Source of the DNA: Spirogloea muscicola
Lineage: Eukaryota
Assembly: GCA_009602725.1 (NCBI GenBank)
Contig: WELB01000011.1
Location: 1,291,361-1,355,360, forward strand
Direction of reading: 5' to 3'
DNA: 64,000 bases
Part shown: piece after piece, positions 1 through 12,200 of the stretch
Position numbering within the stretch: position 1 is the first letter of the stretch
Layout: each line of letters starts with the position of its first letter
Notes under the pieces: generated by a model
Told to the model about the DNA's origin: nothing
Database searches by the model: none
What the model saw: only the letters and a program-made list of their open reading frames with translations
Made by a program: the position numbers and the translations under genes

Positions 1-75
1 GTCAATTAGCACGCCACTTGCCCCTCTACATGCCCCATGCTGAGCTTGCTCTGCTGGCATCAGTGTGATGTCTTA

Positions 76-816
76 CCGGCACAGGGCCAGAGCTCGTTGA
101 AACAGCAGGAGTAGACGTCAAGAGCCTGCTGCATGGAAGGGTAACTGGCTTGCTCTGCGCGCCACCCATTAAGACGAGCTCAGCTTCACGAGCATCAAGC
201 TCGTCTACACTCTCCTCCGTCTTGCATGGCCTATGCATGGCTGCTCACGGCTTGCAACCTTCGCTCGACACCGCCAACCATGGGAGCAAGCTGGTCAAGG
301 CCGACAACTATCGGGTCCCGTCCAGCTCAAGCAAATCTAGCTGGTTTCACTGGCCCCGGCTGCTCGTGTGCAACTCCACACTGACAAGCTGCCCATAACT
401 TGTCCACTGCACACTTGGCCACTCGAGCATGGCGCATGCAGAAGACGCCGCGTGCACGAGCTCTCGGAGGAGTGGGGAAGCCCCACCTAATCTTGGGCAG
501 TCGCTGAGACATGCACGCCTTACCTCGGCAAGCAGCTCCACGGCCTGGAGCCCCCGCAGACGGGCGCTGTGACGCGATCTCAATGTCGTGCCAGCTGCGA
601 CGCTGCTGCTACCGCCGCAGCCCACGCCAGCGAAGGCTCGCGCGCCCAGCACCACTGGCTGAAGGCGGCGGACGTTGGAGACCGCCTCCTGCGCCGTTGG
701 GAGCCCGTCGACGACGTCATGCGGGGGCCCCGCGAAGCCGCAGCGCCGCAGCAGCTCGGGCGGGAAGCCCGCGCCGGCGGCGCCGCCGTGGTCGAGGAAG
801 CGGGCGGCCGGCGGGC
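76..816 (-). CDS. Partial spliced gene of unknown function. The 5' end lies in the N-gap; the 3' end runs off the window.
   Basis: Open GC-rich frame from the gap (PPAARFLDHGG...RLRGLQAVELLAE) ending at a GAG|GTAAGG donor near 524. A second exon-like segment ~158-76 ends at CCG|GTAAG. No family motif recognised. Confidence 0.3.
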
Positions 817-1083
817 NNNNNNNNNNNNNNNNNNNNNNNNNNNNNNNNNNNNNNNNNNNNNNNNNNNNNNNNNNNNNNNNNNNNNNNNNNNNNNNNNNNN
901 NNNNNNNNNNNNNNNNNNNNNNNNNNNNNNNNNNNNNNNNNNNNNNNNNNNNNGGCCGGCCGCCGCTGGCTGGCGGCAGGGCCAGGCACAGCGCTCGCGC
1001 GACCAGCCGGCGGCAGCGCCCTGCCGCCGTGTGCCCTTCGGGTGCGGCCCTCAGGCCCGGGCGCGCGCAGACGACTGCTCCGC

Positions 1084-3494
1084 ATGCTCATCAATGGCGG
1101 CGCAGGCGCGCTCAGACGGCGCCTCGGAGCAGCAGCCACCAGAGATCTTCTCCAGCACGTGCAACGTGCCGGCAATGGCGGGAGCATCCCAGTCGTGGCA
1201 CACGGCAGCCGCCAGGGGCCACGCTGCTGGAAGTCGGTGTTGGCTGGCTGTACGTCCTCAGGTATCCAAGGCCTCCGACCAGGGCAAGGGTGCTATGGGT
1301 TGACGTGATCACTTGCAGCATATTTGTCCTGCCGGCCGCTGAACACTGTGGAGCTGATCTGCACGCGAACGAAACCAAGTCTCAGAGGATTTGGGACGTA
1401 CATGAGACCCAGTATCTCTGCAGCAATTCTGGCAGTCATTGCCACTTTTGTCACCTGAGGATGTGACAAACGTGGGAAGCTGCAGCTCTTCGCAGACGGC
1501 GTGCCTCTTGCGATTTAGGGGGTGGGAAGACAGTGGCCAGTGCAGCAAATACTGGAGAGGCTTCCATTCAAAAGTCAATCAATGCACCTTCCAGCACTCT
1601 TGCAGATTAAAATTTCCAACTTTGGCTGTCAAAAGTCTCGGCGCTGACTGGAAATGTCATCCTATTTACTTTTTCTGCTATAGAGCTGCGGTGTTTAGAC
1701 GATTTTTTCTTGTGCAGGATGCTGTTTTCGTTGACATGAAAGCAAAACTCTTTGCCACTGATTTGGCAGGCCACCTAGGAGGCGGAGGAGGTTGGATGAA
1801 GTCTGCATGGAGCGATTTCCACAGTACAGTCGCTCGACAATCCAGTCATGGATAGTCCAAGGTGAGAGAGGTCCAATCTGCTACATGCTCGCTTTGCTGC
1901 TAATGCAGAACGTCAAGTCAGCTTAGCATACTTTGTTAATCAGCACTGAGATTGGTGCCCAATACTGCAGTGACAATGTAGGATGTGCTTCCTGAATGTA
2001 CTATGAAATGGCCAGCAATGAGAATCTTTATGGAGCATCATCGCTACTTGCAGGCAAAGTGCTCGTTGGAGACAAGCCTGCTGTGAAGTCAGGCACGATG
2101 ACCGCTGATGATGCCCAGATAAGGATCACAGCAGAGGTACCGAGATTTGTGTGCAGGTGAGACGTATTCTTATAGTAAATGGCTGCATTCTTTCGACGAG
2201 CAGTGGATTATTTACAGGTTTGCTAGATGTGCTCCCTATGGACCCTAGCACAACCTTTGGCTTTGGCTCGACAGATGTTCATCTGGTTGTGCTGCTGACT
2301 CTTTGCAGGGCAGGGTACAAGCTTGAGGGCGCAATCGAGCATTTCAGAGTTGATGTCACAGACAAGGTGGCCCTAGATGCTGGGCTGTCAACCGGCGGCT
2401 TCACAGACTGCTTGCTACAGCGTGGGGCCCTCAGAGTATACGGTGTAGACGTGGGATATGGCCAGGTCAATATTCATCAACTTGCCTCGTTTCAGACTTG
2501 AGTTGCGCACAGAAGTAGCATGGACCAAGTGGCCTTCTGGTGATGGAGACCTTTGACCTGCTTCCTGAATCTTACAAGAGGAAATGTCAATGTGCTTGAC
2601 AGGTGAGCGAGAAGATCAGGACAGACAAGAGGGTGGTAGTCATGGAGCGAACCAATCTACGCCATCTTCCTGGCTTGCCGGAGCCAGTTGACATCGTCAC
2701 GCTCGACCTCTCTTTCATCTCCATTCTCCTTGTGAGAAACTTGCTTCATCTTTCGTTCTAAGGTGACAAGTGATATGAGTTGCTCTATAAGCATGCACAC
2801 ATATTGTTGCTGAGCTGGTGGTCAGTCAACAATCTGGGAAGTTGTAGGGACCGAGTGGACTGTCCCCATCGTAGTCTGGAATCGTCCTTACCATGGTGTT
2901 CGAGCTCCTTTGATGAGTGAATAGCAATGACCGAGCAGGTCCTTCCAGCTGTGTGCTCTGTCATGAAGACGAAGGCAGAGCTCATCACACTCATCAAACC
3001 TCAGTTTGAAGCTCGGCGAGAGCAGGTTCCGCGCTCCTCTCAACAGCTTCACACAATGGCCTTCCGAGTACTTGCGCTATTTCGGCTGCGGTGACAAGAT
3101 GGGAGAGTGTCTCTTGGCCTTCTCCCTACTATGTGCCTTTGTTGCTGCTGGAGAAGCTGTTCTGCTGATGTACAAGTTGCTTTCTGATTAGCAGGTCGGA
3201 GGAGGGGGCATTGTGCGTGATGCACAGGTCCACAGCCAGGTGAGCTAGAGTTGGCATTCTCAGCCAACAGTGTTGACTTGCTTCATACAGATCCTGCATG
3301 CAATGTCCATCTTAAGTGCAGCTTCCTGGCTGGGAGCATCCCCTTGCTCAACAGCATTGCACCTGCTGCAGGTTGTAGAGAAGATCGTCAGCGGGGTTGA
3401 GAGCTTCGGACTTCAGTGCCACGGCTGGATCCCTTCCGCGCTGAAAGGCACCGATGGCAACCAAGAATTTTTGGCTTACTTTTCAAGACAGTAG
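1084..3494 (+). CDS. TlyA/hemolysin-A family rRNA 2'-O-methyltransferase (S4 + FtsJ-like domains), probably organelle-targeted
   Basis: Exons ~1770-1861 ([27 protein letters not shown]4), 2054-2156, 2309-2465 (AGYKL...[19 protein letters not shown]...GVDVGYGQ), 2603-2731 (ERTNLR...DLSFIS), 2939-3025 (LIKPQFE), 3195-3239 (GGIVRD), 3372-3494 (GTDGNQEFL). The start at ATG 1084 is tentative. Confidence 0.92.
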
Positions 3495-4314
3495 AAGGTC
3501 ATCATGCTTTGCATTGCTGCATTCTAATCGTCTCTCGAGCAGCAGAGGGCCCATTCTGTGTTCCTGATTAATATACAGTGCGCCCTTGCAATGCGGCCGC
3601 ACGTGCTAGAGCCACTACGCACTGAGATTTCTCCTCACCATTGGCAAGGAGACATGGATTGAATATAGGCAGGTAGGCTGCAGTAGCTGAGCTCACAGAT
3701 CTGACGCAATGTTACAAGCAGCTGGAGTTACAAGCTCCTACTTGAAAGAGAAGATCCAAAAAGAGGCAGGACCTTTCACGTTAAAGAAGAGCTTCAAGCA
3801 AGGGAAGTGACTCCGTGGCCATGTAAACAGCGTGCAATCAGGCTAGGCGAGGTCTGGCGGAGTGCTACATGGTGCACTGTCAGTCAAAACCCTCAAGCTT
3901 TTGAACGTGAATTTCTAGAACCCAAAACAAGGTGGCGAAGAATGTGATGTGCATCATGCAAAGTGCAAGTTCCACAATACATTGTTCTTCTGGGTGGTGC
4001 TCACGGGCATCATGGTACGGCCAATTTGCAGTCAGCATCCTCTTTCCAGGACAAAAGGGGACACTTACTTGGAGCTCCTGCAGTGTCGCCAGTGAGAAGC
4101 TCAGCCTCCTGCTGAAGTGGCTACAGGCCGTCAAGATTGCCAGCTGAGGCCGCACGGAGGGTGCTGCAATTGCGGTGGCAACGGTAGCTGCAGGATGGCA
4201 TGGCGAGACGGACTCAGCAGGCGCACTTGCGCCGCAAAGCACCCGCACGAAGCCGCAGCACAGTGGCATCTTGACCATCCGGCTGGGACAAGCGGCAACG
4301 GTATCACAGTGGCG

Positions 4315-7300
4315 ATGGCTGGCGGTGCAGCCGGGCGTCGCCTGGCCGCAGTGGCTTCCCACATCGTCGCAGCGCCACCGTCGGCCTCCGCTACTGCGGC
4401 CGACGTCGGAGATGGGGACGCCCGGCCTTGCCACTGCGACGAGTCTGCCACCGCCCTGGTCAAGCAGTCGCCTCTCCATGGGCACCCGGCGGTGCTCATC
4501 GGTGCGGCGGTGTTTGACGTCCAGGCGGCGCCCGTAGCGGGCGCGGAGCTGCGCGCAGGCACGACGACTCCCGGCACCGTGAGCCACTGCCGCAAAGCAG
4601 CTCAGCTGCTGTGCAGAGCCACCATCGTTGCTAGCTGCGGCCACTGGCGACGTTTGTTGCCGTCATGAGGTGCTCATGTGCTCGGCTGGCCCGCACTGTG
4701 CTTGGCGCCCAGGTGGCGTGCTTGCATGGTGGCGTGGCACGCAACATCGCCGAGTGCATGGCCCTGATGAGCACGATACCGCCACTGCTCGTGTCCATAG
4801 TCGGCCTCGACGCCTTCGGTACTATGGCCTGCTCCTCTCCTGACGTTCTTCTGAGACCTCAGCTCTAATCCGTAGCCTCAACTCCTCAATCGTTTATTGT
4901 GTCTGGCAGCTCTGCAAGGAGTGGATCACTGCTTGGGGGCATGCCGAGCTTGAAAGCCTGGTGGTTGTGCAGGCAGCTCTTACATCCTGAGCTTGTGGCT
5001 TAGACCTGCTTGCCACCATCTCTGCAGGCGATGCGCTGGTCGCTCATCTGGAGAGCCTGCACATGCCCACCCGCGGTAACCCCTTCACCTCTTGCGTTCT
5101 TGAGACTCGGCATTTGTCCTCTGCTCCTTGACTGCAGCAGCTCAAGGGACGCCGTGAGCTAGTGTCACTATAGTGCAAAGCGTTTACTGACTAGGCTCAC
5201 AAGGACTACAACCACTTCCCTTTTGCGCTGGTGGGCAGGGATAAAGAGGTGCCGCGGAGTGTCGACGCCGGTGGTGACAGCAATTATCGGCAAGGGCAGG
5301 GACATCATGGCCGGCGTGGCTGACACGCGGGCAGTGGTCTGTGCGTTATTTCTCCCTTGCTGCTGTGTCTGCCAGACGCCACAGCTGTCTTTATGTAGTC
5401 AATGCCAGGAAGTTGTGAGCCTGGGTATGTGGAGCAGCATACTTGCAGCAGCTGGCGACTCTGCACTTTATGATGATGACTGCAGGACACCGATTAGCCT
5501 GATACCTGCTCGCCTGGGCTGGAATCTCTGGACTTTGCGCAGGAGTCGGAGCTAATGTCTGGATGGGTGCACAACTTCCGGCACGACATTGAAGCTGCAC
5601 CAGTGGTGCTGGTGGACGCCAACCTCCTACCGTCCGTGCTGGAGACTGTCTGCAACAGTGCGCAAGGCCCTTACCCCCCCTTTTCAGCAACGCATTTCCT
5701 CACCAGTACATTCTCGCACCTCTCATGAGTTAATGGTGTAGTTGGGGTTTGAGGCTCGCCAAGTGCATTCCCTTCACTGCCTGTACATCTGGCCGATGTG
5801 GCATCGCAGTGGCTGCGCGTGGCAAGACGCCGGTGTGGTTCTAGCCCGTGTCTGTGGCCAAGGCAGTCAGGGCTGCATCCATCCTCCATCAGGTATGGAG
5901 GTGGCGGTCTAAGTTACACTCTTGCGTGGCCAGCCAAAGCGTGAAGAACTGGAGATCGACCGGTGCAGTACCTTTGCATCTGCATTCCGTAGGAACTTCA
6001 AACTACATATGTGCTCTGGCTAGTCATATGAGGAGCGCTGTGTTCCTCTCGACCCTGAGTCACGCACAAGATTACTTTCCTACTTACATGCAGTGCCATG
6101 TCGGTTCCGTTGACTTCTTCGAGCACAATATCTGCCCTTCCTTTAGGTGACCTTCGTCTCTCCCAGCCAGGAGGAGCTGGTGGCAATGGCACAAGCACTG
6201 CAGCAACCGGAGCTGCGGACTCCATTGCCCTGTTTGACATCCCCATCAGCTGCATTCCCAACTGCGGCAGCTCATGCTGAAGCCCTGGAGCCTTACATCC
6301 GATCACTCTTAGTTGCGGGCGTGACATATGTGGTCACCACCATGGGAGCCGGTGGTGCTCTCCTAAGCTACCTGCGCACTTTGTGTATAAGAAGCTGCCT
6401 TCTGCCTCGGCAAAGAGAAGAGGCTGCTAACAAGGCATCACGGATTGGAGCAGGCGGCCTCAAGGGACTGCAGTCTCGGTCGGCATGCTGTGACAGCAAC
6501 ACTAAGGCAGCTGGTGGCAGTACCATGCCATGCGATTGCAGAGGCACAGGCAATCGTGGCACAGGAGTTGTGGCAGCAGGACGTCATAGCTGGGAACCAG
6601 CACAGGCTTCTGACAGGATCCAAGGAAGCACAGGTGTCACTCCACCTGCTGGTGTAGTTGGCAACCACTCCATGAAGTGCACTTGCAACTCGAGAAATCG
6701 TCATCCTCCTGCTAGTGAGCACGAGCTCGCGGTGGACAGCAACCAGGCAGCGGTACAATGTCCACAGCAACTGCAGAAGCTGAGATCCTCCAACATGTTG
6801 CAGCGCGGTAGGGGACCTGAGCTTCAGGAGATTGACCACCGCCACTTTCCGGCCGTTCAGGCTAAAGTGGTGAGAGTGATTGGGGCAGGGGACAGCCTGG
6901 TTGCTGGAGCCCTCACAGCCCTCGTGGAAGGAAAGAGCATCATAGAAGCCATGGCGTATGGGATGGCGGCCGCTGCGAGGACAATCGGCAGCCAAGACAA
7001 TGTTCCATCCTTGACGTCATTGGAGGAGCTTCGAGGTGAGTTTGGGCGCTGTGCACAGCAGCTTGTGTGCTACTTTACCATGCATGCAGTAGCGGGTGCA
7101 TATTGGTCCAATTCAGTGCTTGTGAGTATCCTGTTCTGCGAGTGTCGCTTGCATTGTCTCAATCCTGCCGCAATCGAATATCCATGATAGCCAGTGCGGT
7201 TTTTGACTTTAGCTTGCTTGTCCATGGAGTGTTCTGCAGATGCCAGCAAAGGAGCTGCTGCATCCTCTTACGTCATAAGAATCCCATCCATATCAACCTC

Positions 7301-7322
7301 CTCGCATGTACAATCCAACTAA
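4315..7322 (+). CDS. PfkB-family kinase, pseudouridine kinase (PUKI)-like. Contains an in-frame TAG at 5842-5844, so it may be a pseudogene or an assembly error.
   Basis: Spliced motifs: VLIGAAVFDVQA, GGVARNIAECM, VSIVG.DAFG, VLVDANL, VWF*PVSVAKAVR, VSPSQEEL, VVTTMGAGGA, GAGDSLVAG (PfkB C-terminal signature). Last exon ends ...HVQSN-TAA at 7322. Confidence 0.85.
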
Positions 7323-8670
7323 GACTTCTGTGCTGGAGACCTTAGCAAGGCTTGCAACTTCAGATGTACATTCTCAGTACCGGGAAAAGGTCATTCTGGT
7401 GGGTGTCTATGCCACCACTTTTTGGAAGTACAGCAAATACATGAACATATATAATAAGATTATCTTGCCCAGAACACGAAGTGTGGAGTAGCTCAAAGCT
7501 AAAGCCAGAAATTGTCAAAGTCTGCAATCTTTGGGTCGCTTGGTCAAGTCACACTTGTGGTCATGCCTAGTTGGCAAACCATAATGCATTTGACAAAAAC
7601 GAAACAACCTAGGAGAGACCTAGTATCAGCTTAACTGCAAGAAGACCACGATGAGATCACACGCACACCTGCAATGTACGCAAAATGGTGGACATACATA
7701 CTAAGATGCTGGTGAAACAGACCTTGATGAAGCCTGATACGCACAAATGCCACGCTGGCTAAAGTATGCCACAGACCAGAGTATATAAATTCCCACTCAG
7801 ATTATCCTCACCTCGTGCTGCGTCCAAAGCTCACAACTACCTACAGATCTACATTTATGAACGTGTTTTGCACCAGGACCTGGTGCTGCCCGACTACAGG
7901 AACGACCTGGCGGATGGAAGAGGCGGACATTGCAGCTTGCTCAATCAATACTGGTCACCTTTTGGCGTCAATTGATGGACGCAATCAAAGACTGCTAAGA
8001 ATGGCCGGAATGGCTACAGCCACCTTAACGTTTAACGATCTGCAAAGCATGGTCTAGGTTGTATATCAAGGCGCAAGGTTCACAAGCACCAAGCGCAAGA
8101 TACATCACTGCTCTCAGTGTTAGGGTTTCGGCAGCAAAATAGATAAGATGGCAAGAGCTGCCCACTGAGAGCCTTCACGAGGCTGATGAGATGCATTCTC
8201 CTGCAGATGCAATAAGCCGGGAGTCCAGGGCCCACCTGCGGCGGCCATGGTCGTTTGCTTGTAACACTTGTAACACCTTCAAAGGCAGGCTGCGATATTC
8301 AAAGAGGTGGTGTGCCTTCGCTGCCGCCCTCCTTGGTTTGGTCTTTCGGCCAGCCTTCGCCAGCTCGCTAATGATGCTTGCAAAGCGGATGCACCGGCTG
8401 CCCAGTCTGTGTTGCTCAATCAACGATGTTCAATGGACATCACTTTGGTCCCCCATGCTGACAACCTTTCCCACCTCTGGCCCCCACAGGTGGCCTGCCA
8501 ACATTTGCTTGTCCTTGCCAGGCAGCTCTCCCCACTGAGAAGCATCTGTGACCAAGTCGCCACCAGCAGCCCTTGCCTGACATTCCTCGTCGCTGTCATC
8601 GTCACATCATACCCTCCATTCCCCACCCCCCTTTGCCTCAGTGTGCCCCCGAGCTCGTTAGTGCTTCCGC

Positions 8671-8892
8671 TTAGTTGTAGTAGAGCTCGAGACCCATGCC
8701 GTCGTGGACCTCGTAGTCGGCGAGCGTGATGTGGTCCTTGTAGATGGTGTACCACTTCTGGATGCGGATCTTCTCCGGCCGCGTGCCGGTCTGCGCTGCC
8801 ACGAGCTTCTTGAGGTCGCCGATCGTGTCGTCCTCGTTGCACTTGACGCGGACCTTCTTGCCAAGCCGGTCGTTCAGCACCACCTCGATCAT
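8671..8892 (-). CDS. UBL5: Ubiquitin-like protein 5 (Hub1), 73 aa, intronless
   Basis: [73 protein letters not shown], with the canonical di-tyrosine C-terminus and length. Confidence 0.98.
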   Translation of the reverse strand: MIEVVLNDRLGKKVRVKCNEDDTIGDLKKLVAAQTGTRPEKIRIQKWYTIYKDHITLADYEVHDGMGLELYYN

Positions 8893-9200
8893 CGCGGCGG
8901 CGGCGGCGGCGGCGGCGGCGGCAGCGATGGAGGTGGAGGAGCTCAGGGTTGGCTGAATCGAGCTGCTTGACGAAGTGCAGAAGGACCGATTCATGGGCTA
9001 TTTTGACGGGGGGCTAACGGGCAGTGCAGAGAGTCACAGCTCCTTAAACCCTGGCTCCGCGCAGGAAAATATGTGCGCGCAGGGGGCTTCCACAAGCGCC
9101 AGGGTTTAAGACCCCCCCCCATTCTCCCTGTCTGCCTCCTCCCCCCCCCCTCCAGCAGCAGCCGCCCGTGCTCTCAGCGCCGGCGGCCGCAGGGGCCGCG
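8893..9200. promoter_or_regulatory. 308-bp divergent (bidirectional) promoter region between UBL5 and NAT10
   Basis: The two ATGs face away from each other. Contains a 13-bp inverted repeat with a telo-box-like AAACCCT core (9043-9055 / 9098-9110). Confidence 0.7.
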
Positions 9201-12200
9201 ATGAAGAAGCGCGTGGACATGCGCATCCTGACGCTGGTGGAGAACGGCGTCCGCGCCCGCCACCGCTCCATGTTCGTCATCGTCGGCGATCGCGGGCGCG
9301 ACCAGGTCCGGCGCCTCGACCCTCGGCTGCTGCCCGTCGAGGCTCGACGACAGGCTACGTTGCCCCCGCTGTCTTTCTGAGAGAGATGGCTGCAGCAGCC
9401 AATTTGCGGCACACGCCGACGGTTCAACACTCAGTCGCTCGCCCGCTCCCCCGTTCTGCGGCTCTCGCCTCCTTCAGGTTGTGAACTTGCACTACCTGCT
9501 CTCAAAGTCCGTCGTCAAGGCCCGGCCGTCCGTGCTGTGGTGCTACAAGAAGGAGCTCTACTTGAGCAGGTGAGCTTATGCCAGACCTTGCACTACTCAC
9601 CTTACGTCAAGCTGTGGCGCCGGCATGAGGCGCTTGAGGACTTCTGGCAGAGTCTGGCACAGTGCAAGCCAGCTTGTGAGGGACTGGCCTTCGAGCTTTC
9701 GGCAGCAGGGGCTGCCTTTGAAGAGCACCGCACAAAGCTGCCGAGCCGGTCATTGCACTGGATGAGGGCCATCACTGCGTCAATTGGATGCCTTGAGCAG
9801 ACTAGCCTCTTTCGACCGCCAGTCCCGCTTCCAATGCACAAGCTTATCCGATTGCAATACCTGTGAAGTGAGCCGTGTGGTGGATAAAAGGGACTAAATG
9901 TCTGATTGGCTGCTCTTCTTCGCCACTGTAATGAAGCCACTGGCGCAAGCGGCAGAAAGAGGTGCGGAAGATGAAGCAGCAGGGCAAGCTGGACCCAGAG
10001 AAGGAGGACCCCTTTGCGCTCTTCGTGGCGTCCACCAACATCCGCTACTGCTATTACTCGGACACGCACAAGATCCTCGGCAACACCTTTGGCATGTGCG
10101 TCCTCCAGGTTTCACTGCCTCCCCTCCCTCGTCCCAGAGTTACCACCGGGACACTGTCACGTGCTTTGGCCTAAAACTCGCAGTGCTCTTTGCATTGTCA
10201 GGGGCTGTCATGTAGGGGTCCAATCAAGACCTGTGTGCTTGTTCTTCAAGCTCACTCCATAGCTAGCACACTGTCCTCCTAGTCAAATCAGTAGTACGCT
10301 GTGATAGCATGTTGGACCTGGTCATCTACCACTTTTGTCGGCCTCATTGGCCATCAGCTGGAATGTCATGGACAGGTGAGGTACTCCTTGGTCGCCATCT
10401 GCATGGGGAAAACCTCAGGGTCATAGACGTTGTACGACTTGGGCGGAGCTGTCCACCAGCGACAAGCCTATGCATGGCAATCTCCCCAGGGTCATAGACG
10501 CGGTATGACTTGGACGGAGCTGTCCAAGCGCGACAAGTCTCAAGCTCATCATGAGCACTCAGCGCTGGTCGAGTGATGTTGCTGGAGCATCACTGTGACT
10601 CTTAAAGCCTCTCATGAGGCAACTCGCTCTTCTGAAATCAGGACTTTGAAGCCCTCACGCCAAACCTCCTGGCACGGACAGTTGAGGCGGTAGAGGGCGG
10701 AGGCATCATCGTTTTGCTCCTCAGCTCCCTCACGTCGCTCTCCAAGCTTTACACCATGACGATGGTCAGCAGCCTCCTCTGCATGAGTTGCTTAGCCACG
10801 TCATGGACCTCTGCTATACACAATATCTGAGTGTTGGCACGTCCATTTTTGGTGTTTCTATGATTGCTGCACAGTGAGCTACTTGGCTCCTCCTCCGCTG
10901 AGCCTCTGTTGATGCCTTGGTCTGGCAGGATGTGCACGCCCGCTTTCGGACGGAGTCCCACACAAATGTGACGGGACGCTTCAATGAGCGCTTCATCCTG
11001 TCTCTCGCAAACTGCCGGGCATGCGTTGTCATGGATGACGAGCTCAACATCCTCCCAATCTCCTCGCACATACGGAACCTCCAGCCCCACCCCAAGTCCG
11101 AGGTGAGTTTCTACTAAACTGTGCAGCTGGTCATAAGATCAGAATGCTGCAAGTTCAGTTTCTGGTAGACCAAACAGCAGGTCTTCAACGACTATGAATG
11201 AATCAGCTTATGCTCGAGTCCAAGAGAACACAACAGTGTCTCAGTGCATTGAGCTGACACTTGCGTCACTCTCTGAAAGGTAGAAGAGAGCGCAACAGAG
11301 GCTGAGCAGGACCTGAAGGAGCTCAAGGAGTCGCTCAAGGACACCCAGCCAATGGGGGCCCTCGTTGACCAATGCCGCACCTTGGATCAGGTCAGTGTGC
11401 CGGATACCGCTCCTTCTGTTCACCCTGTTGTACAGTTCAGATTCTGCTTTCGCAGCAACTCTCCTGTCAAGTTGTTCCGACCAGGACCTGTCTACTTGCA
11501 GAACCTCCACCATGCAGACTTGTAAAGCTGCACCTGTGAGATACAGGTGCACTAAAAAAAACGATTGCTCTCTTCTAAAGTGTGTAGTGCTCACAGCAGT
11601 GATTCGGTGATTTGGAATTTCTCAGTTGATTTTGTATCTATGTGCCTCCTGTATGGCAGGCGAAAGCAGTTATCACCTTCTTGGATGCCATCTCTGAGAA
11701 GACGCTGCGGTCCACCGTCGCCCTCACTGCAGCTAGAGGCCGAGGAAAGTCAGCCGCCTTGGGAGTAGCCATTGCTGGAGCCATTGCTCTTGGGTGACTA
11801 TCTGACCCCATGGAAAAGGCTACAACTAAAGCTTGTGTGAGGTTTGATGGCCTTGCTTGTCATGCTGAGGAGGCACAGGATCGTCAACACATATCTCAAG
11901 AAGAAGGAACACAAACACATTAGCCACTAATAAATGCGGCGTTACCTATGAGTGAGCAGATGAGATGTAGTTCATCAGCTCTGCGCTGTGCGGTGTTGGC
12001 TTGAGTATGCAGCCTATGCTGCAGAGCTCAGCTTCATATGAAGTATATGTGCAGCTATTCCAACATTTTCGTGACGTCTCCGAGCCCCGAGAACCTGCGG
12101 ACCCTCTTTGACTTCATATGCAAGGGCTTTGATGCCATGGATTACAAGGTTGCCATCACCACCCCTTAACAATGCTGAGGACGCAATTGCGAGATCCTGC

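Noticed and set aside
5842..5844. TAG reassigned to an amino acid (variant genetic code)
   Set aside because: TlyA and NAT10 both end at TAG in the expected position, and I noticed no other intact host gene with an internal TAG.
7323..8670. ORFs between the kinase and UBL5
   Set aside because: No recognisable domain or consistent splice model; most likely convergent 3'UTRs.
8893..8994. Poly-Ala N-terminal extension of UBL5 in the ORF track
   Set aside because: This is a (GCC)n microsatellite in the 5'UTR; the canonical 73-aa protein starts at 8892.
10428..10441. TTGTACGACTT resembling the U13/SNORD13 antisense element to the 18S 3' end
   Set aside because: The match is imperfect, with no convincing C/D boxes and no second antisense element.
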